64,000 nt of DNA, taken from the IMG/VR virus record IMGVR_UViG_3300046787_000408, positions 235,984 through 299,983 of that record; one strand, given 5' to 3'. The notes beneath the pieces were generated by a model that saw only the letters and a program-made list of their open reading frames with translations, was not told where the DNA came from and made no database searches. Both the position numbers and the translations under genes were made by a program. Below, one piece after another: positions 19,913 to 30,383 of the stretch (position 1 is the stretch's first letter; every line of letters begins with the position of its first letter).

Positions 19913-20424
19913 ACAGAGAAGGCCACAGCAATGTTCAGTTCTTTACTGGAACTGAAGTAGAACGTACTCCAGCATTTGGAAAACAAACACTATTTGTGGT
20001 TGGCGTTCAACCAGTTGATGAAATTGCACATCACTTTGACATGAACCCTCGCGGGATTGAGCACATCTTTTTTGGTGCCAATCACAGCTTCTGTCCTGAT
20101 CCTGATGATCATACGGAGTGGCAGCGTTGGGAAAGAATGATCACGCACTTTCTTGAAAAAGGTTACATGTGCAGTCTGGACATTCCGGTCAAGTGCGTGG
20201 AAACATTCAATGAGACTGGCCTGTGCGAGTATCGCAACTTCATCCCACAAATTCGTGTAAGTATTCCTTACATACAACTGTGGAACTACAACACCATGAT
20301 CAAGCTGGACGACAGTGATTTTGACGCTACCAATCCTGGCGTTTGGACTCACAGTCTGCACAGCTTGATGTCAAGACGAACATTCACTGACTGGGATCAG
20401 TACAACGAGGACTCAACATTATGA
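19909..20424 (+). CDS. Hypothetical protein coupled to the TGT-like gene
   Basis: ATGA overlaps on both sides. Confidence 0.7.
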   Translation: MNREGHSNVQFFTGTEVERTPAFGKQTLFVVGVQPVDEIAHHFDMNPRGIEHIFFGANHSFCPDPDDHTEWQRWERMITHFLEKGYMCSLDIPVKCVETFNETGLCEYRNFIPQIRVSIPYIQLWNYNTMIKLDDSDFDATNPGVWTHSLHSLMSRRTFTDWDQYNEDSTL

Positions 20425-20870
20425 GCATGACTATAGTACAACGAGAAGACATGGAACGAATTATGGCCGCAGCAGAACGCAAAATCTGGGTCACGTTTCG
20501 CAAAGAAGGCATCCACTGCTACCCTGCAGCAGCTACTGATCCGGCACTGGCCACAGGTGACGAATACGATGTAAGCTTTCTTGGCACACCACATCGTCAT
20601 ATCTTTCACTTTCGTGTATGGATTGATGTGATCCACAACGATCGAGACATTGAGTTTATCCAGTTCAAGCGTTGGCTGGAGAATCTCTACAGAGACAGCA
20701 TTTTACAACTGGACTACAAAAGTTGCGAAATGATGGCAGATGATCTGTATCTACAGATTGCTGCAAAGTATCCAGACCGTGCGGTTTGGATTGAGGTAGC
20801 CGAAGATGGTGAAAACGGCGCTCTTATCAAATATGAAACTCACCGCCCCCAACTTAGTGTTAATATTTAA
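20421..20870 (+). CDS. QueD-like T-fold paralog (possible DpdL-type CDG decarboxylase)
   Basis: LGTPHRHIF replaces CxxxHGH; DRDIEF and SCEMMA motifs. Confidence 0.6.
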   Translation: MSMTIVQREDMERIMAAAERKIWVTFRKEGIHCYPAAATDPALATGDEYDVSFLGTPHRHIFHFRVWIDVIHNDRDIEFIQFKRWLENLYRDSILQLDYKSCEMMADDLYLQIAAKYPDRAVWIEVAEDGENGALIKYETHRPQLSVNI

Positions 20871-20879
20871 GGAAGTACC

Positions 20880-21107
20880 ATGGCAAAGCCAACATTCAAA
20901 TCCAATGCCCGTGTAAACGAGATCTTTGAAGACCTGGAAAAACTCTATGAGTTTTGCCAAGACTATGGATATCGCTACAACGAAAGCGATCTCTACAACT
21001 TCAAGAGCTATGCGTGGCAGCAGTTCAACAAGTACTCACAAGGCAAAAACGCCAAGAACATGTGGGACGAAGACACTCGACGCTTTGCAGGATATCGTCC
21101 ACAATGA
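20880..21107 (+). CDS. Hypothetical protein
   Basis: SD AAGGA; operonic. Confidence 0.65.
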   Translation: MAKPTFKSNARVNEIFEDLEKLYEFCQDYGYRYNESDLYNFKSYAWQQFNKYSQGKNAKNMWDEDTRRFAGYRPQ

Positions 21108-21520
21108 GTGCCGCTCGAGAAAAAGACCAAGCAGATTTTGATCTCGAGCGATTTGTGGACATGTTCGACGAAGCGCTGACCAGTAAAGATCCGCGTGTGG
21201 TAAATGCACTACGCAGTCTCATGATGATGGTCACGCTAACTAGACCCGAGTCGCGTGATTCAGGATTGCATGATCGCAACGCAGGTCCGTTGCGTAGACT
21301 GCATGAAGACATGAACCACTTGCACAGAAGGATTGAGCGCATGGAAGAACAGCTTAGTCGAGCAGAACGTAGTCAACGTCCAGAACAGATTGATCCTTAC
21401 AACTATCCCTACGAAAAATACACAATGGCAGCAGCACAAAAAATGTCTCAAGCTATTGATCAAGATGTGCTGAATAAACTCAAGGCCACGTACCGCGGCA
21501 AAATACAAGGACTTAAATGA
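21104..21520 (+). CDS. Hypothetical protein
   Basis: MSAAREKDQ start with ATGA overlap. Confidence 0.65.
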   Translation: MSAAREKDQADFDLERFVDMFDEALTSKDPRVVNALRSLMMMVTLTRPESRDSGLHDRNAGPLRRLHEDMNHLHRRIERMEEQLSRAERSQRPEQIDPYNYPYEKYTMAAAQKMSQAIDQDVLNKLKATYRGKIQGLK

Positions 21521-22731
21521 GAAAACTATTTTACATGGGCTTGGAAAGTTACGAAGCCCGATACACACTACAGCTTACTGAGTGGAATCGTCGTGTGTTT
21601 GATCGTCGTGGCTTGGATGTGGTTTATGTGCCTGGTACCACCATTGACAACACACAGGCTATCTCAGTGGGTCAAGTTCTGGACGCACATGGTCGCAGTT
21701 TCTTTGCCATGAGCCAAATGATGAACTTGGTTCAAATGATGAAGAACGGCGAAGTTACTGAGTCTGACGTTATCTACTTTGAAGACATGTTCCAGCCAGG
21801 CTTTGAAAGTCTTGGTTACATTTTGAACCAGATCCCGCCAGGCCATTGTCCTCGCATCTTTGTACGTTGTTTGGCACAGGCCATTGATCCTGATGACTTT
21901 GTACATGTTTGGGGACTGAACAAGTGGATGGATTTGTATGAAAAGATGGTTAACGAAATTGTCACGTTCAGTGGCGGCGGCGTCTTGGCTACCAACGAAG
22001 AAATGGTCGCGCACATGCGCATTGCTGGATGGACTGCTCCGATCTACAACATTTCAGGGTTGGCATTTGGAAAAGAGGAAGTTCTTGAGCGCATCGGAGG
22101 TAGTTCCCAAATCACACCGTTTGGTGACCGTCCAAGACGGGTGGGTTTCGCGGCTCGTTTTGATCAAGAAAAGCAGCCCGGCTTCTTTATGGACCTTATT
22201 GAAATGTATGGCGAGCTTACGACCGAACCCTGTGAGTTTGCGATATACTCGGGAGGCCCATTGCGCAGCAACAATCCGGCTTATATCGAGCGGGCTCGAC
22301 GCATGGAGAAAGAGGGCAAGCTCAAGATCTACGAAAATCTAAAGAAAGATGACTACTACGCCTTACTTAATGATACTCGTGTTTTGTTTAATTGCGCTCT
22401 TCAAGACTGGGTATCTAACACTGTATCCGAAGCCGACACTGTGGGGTGTAATGTTCTTTATCCTGCATATCGTAGTTTCCCTGAAACTTTTGCAAATGAC
22501 CCTAACCGCCTATATGTCCCTTGGAGCATAGATGACGCTTATCACAAGATGCAAAACTTATTGCGTGAACCACATCACAACATGGGACTTATTTCTGACT
22601 GGAACAATGGCACTGTTGACCGTGTTGTTGATATTGTTACCGGACAAGGTGAGCAGTGGAATCGTGCGGGCAACCGATATCGTGACCATGTTGCTCACGA
22701 AAAGTATCAAGTTGTAAAGATCGAAGAATAA
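21517..22731 (+). CDS. GT-B fold glycosyltransferase
   Basis: FAARFDQEKQP and LQDWVSNTVSEA, similar to the GT4 EX7E region. Confidence 0.75.
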   Translation: MRKLFYMGLESYEARYTLQLTEWNRRVFDRRGLDVVYVPGTTIDNTQAISVGQVLDAHGRSFFAMSQMMNLVQMMKNGEVTESDVIYFEDMFQPGFESLGYILNQIPPGHCPRIFVRCLAQAIDPDDFVHVWGLNKWMDLYEKMVNEIVTFSGGGVLATNEEMVAHMRIAGWTAPIYNISGLAFGKEEVLERIGGSSQITPFGDRPRRVGFAARFDQEKQPGFFMDLIEMYGELTTEPCEFAIYSGGPLRSNNPAYIERARRMEKEGKLKIYENLKKDDYYALLNDTRVLFNCALQDWVSNTVSEADTVGCNVLYPAYRSFPETFANDPNRLYVPWSIDDAYHKMQNLLREPHHNMGLISDWNNGTVDRVVDIVTGQGEQWNRAGNRYRDHVAHEKYQVVKIEE

Positions 22732-23579
22732 TGCAAGTCGAAGGCATCAAGTGGGCGCACATAGAAGCAAGTTCTAGATGCAACGCATGGTGCCCTGCAT
22801 GTCCAAGGAACAACAACGGATATGGCTTGGCCGACGGTGTAGTCGAACAAGACTTGTCTCCGGACAAGTTTGAAGAAATCATCAGTGGCCTGCCCAACTT
22901 GTACGGTGTTCAATTCTGCGGCAACTTTGGAGATCCTCTTGCTTCTGTTCACATTGACCAGTTGATAGATATCGCAAAAAAGTACGCTAAAAAAATACAA
23001 ATACATACCAACGGTAGCCTACGAAACGTTGACTGGTGGACTGGTCTAGCTCAGACTCTAGTAGATGTTGATCATGATGTTTGGTTTGGGATTGATGGGT
23101 TAGCAGGCGTACATGAGATATATCGTCAAGGTACTAGCTTTGAAAAGATTATTAAAAATGCGCAGGCATTTATTTCTGCTGGCGGATATGCAACTTGGCA
23201 GTTTATACCGTACAAGCACAACGAACACCAAGTGTCCCAGTGCTTAAAACTAAGCCAACAGATGAAGTTTAAAAAATTTCATCTAGCAAAATTGTACCGA
23301 CGCAAAACACTAGCAAGGCACTACAAAACAGGTCAAGAATTTGACTTGTTGCCCACTGACTCGATGAGATTGCTAATCAACATTGATCGTGTTAAACTAG
23401 CAGTTGAAGATAAAAATTGTATGCATTTGTCTATGCCAAGTGTGTATGTGTCGGCGGCAGGGAACATCAGCAGATGTTGCTACTTGTCCGATCAAGAACA
23501 GTTTGGTAGTGTAAGCCAGTTATTAGAAAATGTTAGCACTGATCTAACGGATAAAATATGTATTAGGAGTTGTGGATAA
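22731..23579 (+). CDS. Radical SAM protein
   Basis: CNAWCPAC; HTNGS; C-terminal Cys motifs. Confidence 0.85.
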   Translation: MQVEGIKWAHIEASSRCNAWCPACPRNNNGYGLADGVVEQDLSPDKFEEIISGLPNLYGVQFCGNFGDPLASVHIDQLIDIAKKYAKKIQIHTNGSLRNVDWWTGLAQTLVDVDHDVWFGIDGLAGVHEIYRQGTSFEKIIKNAQAFISAGGYATWQFIPYKHNEHQVSQCLKLSQQMKFKKFHLAKLYRRKTLARHYKTGQEFDLLPTDSMRLLINIDRVKLAVEDKNCMHLSMPSVYVSAAGNISRCCYLSDQEQFGSVSQLLENVSTDLTDKICIRSCG

Positions 23580-23580
23580 A

Positions 23581-24519
23581 ATGAATATAGTAGTTACAGG
23601 AGCCGCTGGATACATTGGCGGCCAAATTGCATTACAGTTACGAGACGCCGGATATTCAGTAACCGGCATTGATAGTAGACCTTTGCCTGCTCATCTTGAA
23701 GGTGTTATGAATTTCTTGCAAGCAGACTTTGCTAGTGATGAATCATTTCGTCGTCTTCTTGATTTGCGCCCTGAAGCTATTGTGCATTGTGCCGGCACTA
23801 GCTTGGTTGGGCCCAGCATCAAAAACCCCAGCGATTACTACAACAACAATGTGGTCAAGACCATACAACTGTTGGACATTGTGATTTCTGCTATGCCTCG
23901 AACTAGAATAATTTTTAGTTCCAGTGCCGCAGTGTACGGCGTTCCCTTTATGAATCCATGTCATGAAGTTGACCCAAAAGAGCCCATTAGTCCATACGGC
24001 GAAAGCAAGCTTATGGTAGAACAAGTGCTGGAAAGCTATCATCGTGCATACGGCCTGGATTATGTGGCCTTTCGTTACTTCAACGCCTGCGGTGCTGACT
24101 CACAAGGACGACACGGTCAAGAGCCCGGAGCCACACATATTATTGCTAGAGTTCTTGAAAGCATTCGGGACAATCAAGAGTTTGTGCTCAACGGCATTGA
24201 CTACCCTACTCCTGATGGTACCTGTATACGCGACTATGTGCATGTGGAAGATATTGCTCGAGCACATGTTATGGCTCTGAGCTCTGCTGTGGAAACAGGA
24301 GTTTACAATCTTGCATCCAGCACAGGAACCAGCAACCGAGAAGTTATTGACATTGCACAACAAGTTACTGGTAGTGCAGTAATTATTCGTGCAGGTGAAA
24401 AGCGAGCAGGTGATCCGCCAATGCTTACTGCCAGCGCAGACAAGTTTAACAAGCTGGGAGAGTGGCAACGCTACAAGTTGTCTGACATGATTCAACACGC
24501 ATGGAACTGGTATGTTTGA
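23581..24519 (+). CDS. galE: UDP-glucose 4-epimerase-like SDR
   Basis: VTGAAGYIG, FSSSAAVYG, YGESK, RYFNACG, DGTCIRDYVHV. Confidence 0.9.
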   Translation: MNIVVTGAAGYIGGQIALQLRDAGYSVTGIDSRPLPAHLEGVMNFLQADFASDESFRRLLDLRPEAIVHCAGTSLVGPSIKNPSDYYNNNVVKTIQLLDIVISAMPRTRIIFSSSAAVYGVPFMNPCHEVDPKEPISPYGESKLMVEQVLESYHRAYGLDYVAFRYFNACGADSQGRHGQEPGATHIIARVLESIRDNQEFVLNGIDYPTPDGTCIRDYVHVEDIARAHVMALSSAVETGVYNLASSTGTSNREVIDIAQQVTGSAVIIRAGEKRAGDPPMLTASADKFNKLGEWQRYKLSDMIQHAWNWYV

Positions 24520-25099
24520 TAAAATTCTAAAGTTTGAACAGGCCCTAGCAGAGTTTACAGGTGCGCCATATGCAATCATGACTGATTGCTGTACCCACGC
24601 TATTGAACTGTGCTTGAGGCACGACCGTGTGCGCGAAGTTGTGATGACTCCTTACACCTACTTGAGTATTCCTATGACCATGCACAAGTTAGGCATCAAG
24701 TACTACTATCGTGAAGAAGACTGGACCGGCGAATACCAGTTCCATGGTACTAGAATCTGGGACAGTGCCCGACGTCTTGAAAAGAACATGTATCGTTCTG
24801 GACAGATGCAGTGCCTGAGTTTTGGGCACACCAAACCCTTGCATATTGGGCGCGGTGGCGCTATCTTGTTGGATGACTCACGAGCATACGACACCATGAT
24901 TCGTCAACGATATGATGGTCGCGACCTAAATATATCACCATGGCAAGAACAGCACACATTCCAAATTGGGTATCACTACAAGCCCACACTGGAAGAAGCC
25001 GTGCAAGGGCTTGCCTTGCTAGAAGGTATCAAGGAAACCAATCCTGTACCCATACATGTACAGTATCCAGATTTACGCAAGATAACCATTACTGCTTGA
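24512..25099 (+). CDS. Short DegT/DnrJ-family PLP aminotransferase-like protein
   Basis: CCTHAIEL, WDSAR, SFGHTKPLHIGRGG. Confidence 0.7.
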   Translation: MFDKILKFEQALAEFTGAPYAIMTDCCTHAIELCLRHDRVREVVMTPYTYLSIPMTMHKLGIKYYYREEDWTGEYQFHGTRIWDSARRLEKNMYRSGQMQCLSFGHTKPLHIGRGGAILLDDSRAYDTMIRQRYDGRDLNISPWQEQHTFQIGYHYKPTLEEAVQGLALLEGIKETNPVPIHVQYPDLRKITITA

Positions 25100-25166
25100 C
25101 TTTGCGATCTAAATACATTACAATTAACAAAAAAGCAATCCACTGCTTCAACATCGGAGAACCATA

Positions 25167-25985
25167 TTGACAAAAGAATTCGTACCAGATAAAATTTTGC
25201 ACGCCAGCGCAGAATTTGTCCCAGATCCAGTTATAACCCAAGCACAACCAGCCCCAGGAAAAAAATTGACACAGTTACATTATAGAGAAGAAGACGGTAG
25301 ACCACTTAGCCAAGTTATCCGTGATAGACTCAAACAAGACAACAAACGTTTTTGGGCTGGCGACAACATTAGCGAATACATTAGCGATGTTGAAAAAGAT
25401 ACCTTGATTGGCGAAGCTACAGCAGCATTTGAAAAAGTCTTGGACACCCTACTGATTGACAGAGAAAATGATCCCAATAGCAAGGGCACGGCGCGGCGAC
25501 TGGCCAAGATGTACTACAATGAAATCATGTCTGGTCGATATGAGGCGAGCCCTAATGCTACGGCTTTCCCGAACGACACAGATGGAGCGTACGACGGCAT
25601 GTTGGTTGTACGCTCTGAGCTTAAGAGCATGTGCTCGCATCATCACCAGCCTGTTACGGGTGTTGCTTATATTGGAATCATTGCTGGGCCTAAACTCATT
25701 GGTCTTAGCAAGTACACTCGCATCGCGCAGTGGTGTGCCCGTCGGGGTACTCTCCAGGAAGAGCTATGTATGGATATTGCTAGGGAAATCGAATTTGCTA
25801 CCGGCTCAAGGGATGTGGCTGTTTATATCCAAGCTACCCACGGATGCTGTGAGAATCGCGGTATTATGGCACACTCTAGTCTCACGCAAACTACAGTGCT
25901 AAGAGGCGCTTTCAAAGAAGATCAAAGTGTCAAGAAAGAATTCTTTGACAACATCAAACTGCAACAGGACTTTGCACCACGATGA
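25167..25985 (+). CDS. folE: GTP cyclohydrolase I
   Basis: SMCSHHHQP, IGLSKYTRI, LQEEL, HGCCENRG. Confidence 0.93.
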   Translation: MTKEFVPDKILHASAEFVPDPVITQAQPAPGKKLTQLHYREEDGRPLSQVIRDRLKQDNKRFWAGDNISEYISDVEKDTLIGEATAAFEKVLDTLLIDRENDPNSKGTARRLAKMYYNEIMSGRYEASPNATAFPNDTDGAYDGMLVVRSELKSMCSHHHQPVTGVAYIGIIAGPKLIGLSKYTRIAQWCARRGTLQEELCMDIAREIEFATGSRDVAVYIQATHGCCENRGIMAHSSLTQTTVLRGAFKEDQSVKKEFFDNIKLQQDFAPR

Positions 25986-26377
25986 ACGATCTAGAACAAG
26001 CATATCATGACAAAGTTGCTCCTTGGGATTTAAAGGTTGATGACCTTAGTGATTTTCATGTGACTGTGTTCCAAGATCGATTTCCTGTTGCAGTAGGGCA
26101 CTTGTTGTTTGTGCCTAATTTTAATACCCGCACAGTGATAGTTGATGCTTTTGAATCTGCACTAGCACATGGTAATCGCCTAGTAGCCGCAGGAGAATGT
26201 GATGCCTTCAACGTTGGTATCAACATGGGTGCTGCTGCTGGTCAAACTGTGATGTACCCACATGTGCATTTGATCCCAAGAAAACACGGCGACTGTGCGG
26301 ATCCCGTAGGTGGAGTGCGTGGAGTAATTTTTGGGCAAGCCAACTACAAGAAATCTGGCTATCAACAGCCAGTATAA
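25982..26377 (+). CDS. HIT family hydrolase
   Basis: AGQTVMYPHVHLIPR. Confidence 0.88.
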   Translation: MNDLEQAYHDKVAPWDLKVDDLSDFHVTVFQDRFPVAVGHLLFVPNFNTRTVIVDAFESALAHGNRLVAAGECDAFNVGINMGAAAGQTVMYPHVHLIPRKHGDCADPVGGVRGVIFGQANYKKSGYQQPV

Positions 26378-26462
26378 GTAATATTCTCAGCGGCCTTTAC
26401 GGCATTCATCCCGCTATACAAATTCTGCAAGCCTATGCTATAATCTAACATAGGAGAACACC

Positions 26463-26987
26463 ATGGCAAAATATCTATCAACAAAAACATACGGTAACGA
26501 TCGAGGTCTAAGCTGTTGCTTTAGACAGTGGCGCAGTAAGCACAGCCACTGCTCGTTGCTACACGGATACAGTATCGGTATCAAACTTGTATTTGAATCA
26601 GAAACACTAGACGACCGTAACTGGGTCATGGACTTTGGTGGCCTCAAGGCATTCAAAGAGTGGAGCGAATGGCAGTTTGATCATACCACTGTGATTGGAT
26701 CTGATGATCCACATCTGGCAAAGTTTAAAGAACTAGCCAAGTTGGGCAAACAAGCAGAGGGTGGTGTTCTGGATCTGCGTATTGTAGAAGCTGTGGGCTG
26801 TGAGAAGTTTGCCGAACTGGCATATCGCACCATGCAAGAAATTCTAGAAGCCTATCAACAAGGTCGAGGTTGGACACACCCTGATGGACGTGTGTTTGAA
26901 GCTCGTTATCCTGTGGGCGCTGGCGTTAGATTGCGTAGTGTGGAAGTATTTGAACACGCTGGAAACTCAGCTACTTACGAAGGATAA
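26463..26987 (+). CDS. queD: 6-carboxy-tetrahydropterin synthase
   Basis: CSLLHGY, VMDFG, FDH, GCEKFA. Confidence 0.85.
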   Translation: MAKYLSTKTYGNDRGLSCCFRQWRSKHSHCSLLHGYSIGIKLVFESETLDDRNWVMDFGGLKAFKEWSEWQFDHTTVIGSDDPHLAKFKELAKLGKQAEGGVLDLRIVEAVGCEKFAELAYRTMQEILEAYQQGRGWTHPDGRVFEARYPVGAGVRLRSVEVFEHAGNSATYEG

Positions 26988-26990
26988 TGA

Positions 26991-27845
26991 ATGAGCGAAA
27001 CTACTACACCTGAATTTGACATTGCTATCTTGTTGCCCACTCGCGGGCGATCAGATTCACTTGAACGCAGTATCAAAAGCGTTATTGAACTAGCATCTGA
27101 TGCTAGTCGTGTGCAGTTGATGTTTGGGTTTGACAACGATGACCCAGTGGGTATTACTCACTTTGTACAAGAACTGCAACCCTGGCTGGATCAGCAAAAT
27201 GTTAACTACACTGCTATCAAGTTTCCGCCTTTGGGTTACATTCGACTCAACGAATATGTTAACGAACTAGCTCGCAAGAGCGATGCACGTTGGTTGGTAT
27301 TCTGGAACGACGATGCTGTAATGGAGACTCAAGGCTGGGACTCCAAGATCATGGAGTGGGAAGGCAAGTTCAAGTTGCTGGCCTTTCATACTCACAACGA
27401 TCATCCGTATAGTATTTTCCCTATTGTGCCTCGCAAGTGGTTGGATCTGTTGGGGTACTTGAGTCCGCATCAAATCTCTGACGCTTGGCTGAGTCAGCAG
27501 GCGTATATGCTAAACATTTGGCAGCGTATTGAAGTTGATGTATTGCACGATCGGCATGACCTTACTGGCAACAACAATGACGAAACATTCCAAAATCGTC
27601 CCATGTTGGAAGGAAATCCTGCCAACCCCAAGGACTTTCACAGCATGACACAGATGGACATTCGTCACCGAGACTGTCATAAAATTGCCGAGTATTTGAG
27701 AACACAAGGTATTGACTTGACATTTTTTGATCAAGTGTTCCGCGGTGAACAAGATCCCTGGGAACACCTTGCCAAGAATGATGTAAACCGTCAAATGATG
27801 CAGTTTAAAAATCCGCATACACATTTCCAAACAGGTGCCAAATGA
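26991..27845 (+). CDS. GT-A (GT2-like) glycosyltransferase
   Basis: ILLPTRGR; FWNDD. Confidence 0.75.
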   Translation: MSETTTPEFDIAILLPTRGRSDSLERSIKSVIELASDASRVQLMFGFDNDDPVGITHFVQELQPWLDQQNVNYTAIKFPPLGYIRLNEYVNELARKSDARWLVFWNDDAVMETQGWDSKIMEWEGKFKLLAFHTHNDHPYSIFPIVPRKWLDLLGYLSPHQISDAWLSQQAYMLNIWQRIEVDVLHDRHDLTGNNNDETFQNRPMLEGNPANPKDFHSMTQMDIRHRDCHKIAEYLRTQGIDLTFFDQVFRGEQDPWEHLAKNDVNRQMMQFKNPHTHFQTGAK

Positions 27846-28630
27846 CACACATGACTCTTGAAGAACGTATCAAAAAATACTGGAATACACAACCATGTAA
27901 CATCAAGCACGGTCAAAGTGATATTGGCACAACAGAGTTCTTTCGCGAAGTAAGTGAACGCAGATATCGTGTTGAGCCGCACATTGCTGAGTTTGCTGGT
28001 TTCCATTTGTGGGCTGGTAAACGTGTGCTGGAAATTGGTTGCGGCATTGGTAGTGATGCTGAAGAGTTTGCCAAACACGGTGCTGAATATGTGGGTATTG
28101 ATCTGTCAGATCAGAGTATCGCACTAAGTCAGCAAAGGTTTGAAACACTAGGGCTTGAAGGTGAGTTTCATAATGTTGATGCAACAGATGCTGCCGCTCT
28201 AGCCAAACTAGGCGAGTTTGACCTTGTGTACAGTTATGGTGTTATCCATCACTTTCCTGGCATTGACAAAATCATCAGCAATGTGCAAGCAGTTATCAAA
28301 CCAGGTGGCGAGTTCCGTTATATGGTGTATGCCAAGAACTCTTGGAAGTATGCTATGATCCAAAAGGGTCTGGACCAATTTGAAGCACAAGCTGGTTGTC
28401 CGTATGCACAAGCGTTCTCCAAAGATGAAATACATCAACTGATGAACGAGCAAAACGGTTGGCACATTGAGAGGTTGCGTCAGGACCACTGTTTCATGTA
28501 TAATGTAGACTCGTACAAGGCAGGACGCTATGAGTTAGAACCGTGGTTTGAGGCCATGAGTGAATCACATCGTCAAGCTGTTAGAGAATATCTAGGTTGG
28601 CATCTTTTAGTTAAAGCAAAGAAATTATGA
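27842..28630 (+). CDS. Class I SAM-dependent methyltransferase
   Basis: VLEIGCGIG, FDLVYSYGVIHH, IKPGG. Confidence 0.9.
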   Translation: MTHMTLEERIKKYWNTQPCNIKHGQSDIGTTEFFREVSERRYRVEPHIAEFAGFHLWAGKRVLEIGCGIGSDAEEFAKHGAEYVGIDLSDQSIALSQQRFETLGLEGEFHNVDATDAAALAKLGEFDLVYSYGVIHHFPGIDKIISNVQAVIKPGGEFRYMVYAKNSWKYAMIQKGLDQFEAQAGCPYAQAFSKDEIHQLMNEQNGWHIERLRQDHCFMYNVDSYKAGRYELEPWFEAMSESHRQAVREYLGWHLLVKAKKL

Positions 28631-29472
28631 AATTCAAAGTATCAGAACTGTTCTACTCAGCACAAGGCGAAGGCCGTTATGTAGGCGTTCCTAGTGTGTT
28701 CCTTCGCATGTTTGGCTGTAACTTTACCTGCTCTGGGTTTGGCTGCAAGCCTGGTGAAAAAAGCACAGGAGCAGATGAAGTAGCCAAGACTGTGGAACTG
28801 TACAAAACGTTTGAAGAATTGCCATTGGTGAGCACAGGATGTGACAGCTATGCAAGTTGGCATCCAGCCTTCAAACACTTGAGCCCAAGCTATACTGCTG
28901 AACAACTAGTGGACAAAATGGCTGCATTACTGCCACACGGTAACTGGTTGCAACCTAATGGGAACCCAGTACACTTGGTTATCACAGGCGGCGAACCACT
29001 ACTGGGCTGGCAACGAGCATATCCTGAACTGCTGGACTTGTTGCATGCACGTGGCTTACGACACATCACATTTGAGACCAACGGTACTCAGGAACTGTCA
29101 AGAGAGTTTAGAACATATCTAGACGACTGGCATGGTGAAATTACATTTAGTGTCAGTCCCAAGTTAAGTGTCAGTGGCGAAAAACGTGAAGACGCTATTC
29201 GTCCAGAAATTGTGTTTGACTATGAAACACATGGTATCACATATCTAAAGTTTGTGGTAGACAAGATTGCAGACTTTGACGAATTGGATCAAGCAGTAGA
29301 TGAATATCGACTGGCTGGATTTGCTGGTCCTGTGTTTGTGATGCCAGTAGGCGGTGTGGTTAGTGTGTATGATGGTAACAGAATTCATGTTGCAGACGAA
29401 GCACTCAAGCGCGGTTACTGGTATACTCCAAGATTGCATGTGGATCTTTGGGGTAATGGCTGGGGGAAATAA
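28627..29472 (+). CDS. queE: 7-carboxy-7-deazaguanine synthase
   Basis: SAQGEG, FLRMFGCNFTC, CDS, ITGGEP, FETNGT, SVSPK, PRLH. Confidence 0.88.
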   Translation: MKFKVSELFYSAQGEGRYVGVPSVFLRMFGCNFTCSGFGCKPGEKSTGADEVAKTVELYKTFEELPLVSTGCDSYASWHPAFKHLSPSYTAEQLVDKMAALLPHGNWLQPNGNPVHLVITGGEPLLGWQRAYPELLDLLHARGLRHITFETNGTQELSREFRTYLDDWHGEITFSVSPKLSVSGEKREDAIRPEIVFDYETHGITYLKFVVDKIADFDELDQAVDEYRLAGFAGPVFVMPVGGVVSVYDGNRIHVADEALKRGYWYTPRLHVDLWGNGWGK

Positions 29473-29895
29473 ATGTTTGATCGAATCAAAAGTTTGTTTG
29501 GCAAAAATGCCAATGTGAATCCACCTCCCACACAATCAAGGCCTGTACCACCGCCTCCACCACCACCAAAGCCAAGGCCCAAGGCTCCTGAAAAGTCAGC
29601 CAAAGAACTAGCTACCGAACGTGGCGAGCCTTATGTAGCAGTACTCAGCATGGACGTGGATCCGGATAATCTGCACCAAGGGGCATTTGAGCTGGACTGG
29701 AACGAAAAGTTCGTGGCCAACTTGATTAGAGCTGGATACCAAGGTAAAACAGACAATGACGTGGTGGACCAGTGGTTCCAGAACGTGTGCAGGCACGTGG
29801 TAATGGAAACATGGGAGCAGGAGCAAGCTATCAAGAATTCCGGCATTTATGTACAGAGTCGCAACATTGGCGACGGAAGAAGCGAAGTATCATGA
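29473..29895 (+). CDS. Hypothetical phage protein
   Basis: Pro-rich N-terminus; FELDWN motif. Confidence 0.7.
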   Translation: MFDRIKSLFGKNANVNPPPTQSRPVPPPPPPPKPRPKAPEKSAKELATERGEPYVAVLSMDVDPDNLHQGAFELDWNEKFVANLIRAGYQGKTDNDVVDQWFQNVCRHVVMETWEQEQAIKNSGIYVQSRNIGDGRSEVS

Positions 29896-30383
29896 TTTTC
29901 AATCACATCAAAGAACTCAAAGCCCAAGGCAAACGTATTGGCATCACATTCAGTCAATTTGACATGCTGCATGCTGGGCACATTGCCATGTTGGCCGAAG
30001 CCAAGAACCACTGCGATTATCTTATTGCAGGTTTACAAACTGACGCCAGCATTGACCGTCCAGGTGTTAAAAATGCTCCTGTGCAAAGCATTGTGGAGCG
30101 ACAGATACAACTCAGTGCCTGCAGATTTGTAGACGAGATTGTGGTGTACACCACAGAGCGAGACTTGGTTGACTTGATTTTAACCTTGCCCATTGATGTA
30201 CGCATCCTGGGCCAAGAGTACGAAGACACCAACTTTACCGGACGCAACGAAGGCTCTGGACTGGGTATAGAGCATGTGTTCAACAGCAGAGATCATTCGT
30301 TCTCCAGCAGTAGTTTGCGTAAACGTGCGGCGGCTGCTGAAGCTGAAAAGGAACAGTTGAATGGAATCACTAAAGCCTCCTAA
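29892..30383 (+). CDS. Cytidylyltransferase (TagD-like)
   Basis: FDMLHAGH, CDYLIAGL, SSSSLR. Confidence 0.85.
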   Translation: MIFNHIKELKAQGKRIGITFSQFDMLHAGHIAMLAEAKNHCDYLIAGLQTDASIDRPGVKNAPVQSIVERQIQLSACRFVDEIVVYTTERDLVDLILTLPIDVRILGQEYEDTNFTGRNEGSGLGIEHVFNSRDHSFSSSSLRKRAAAAEAEKEQLNGITKAS

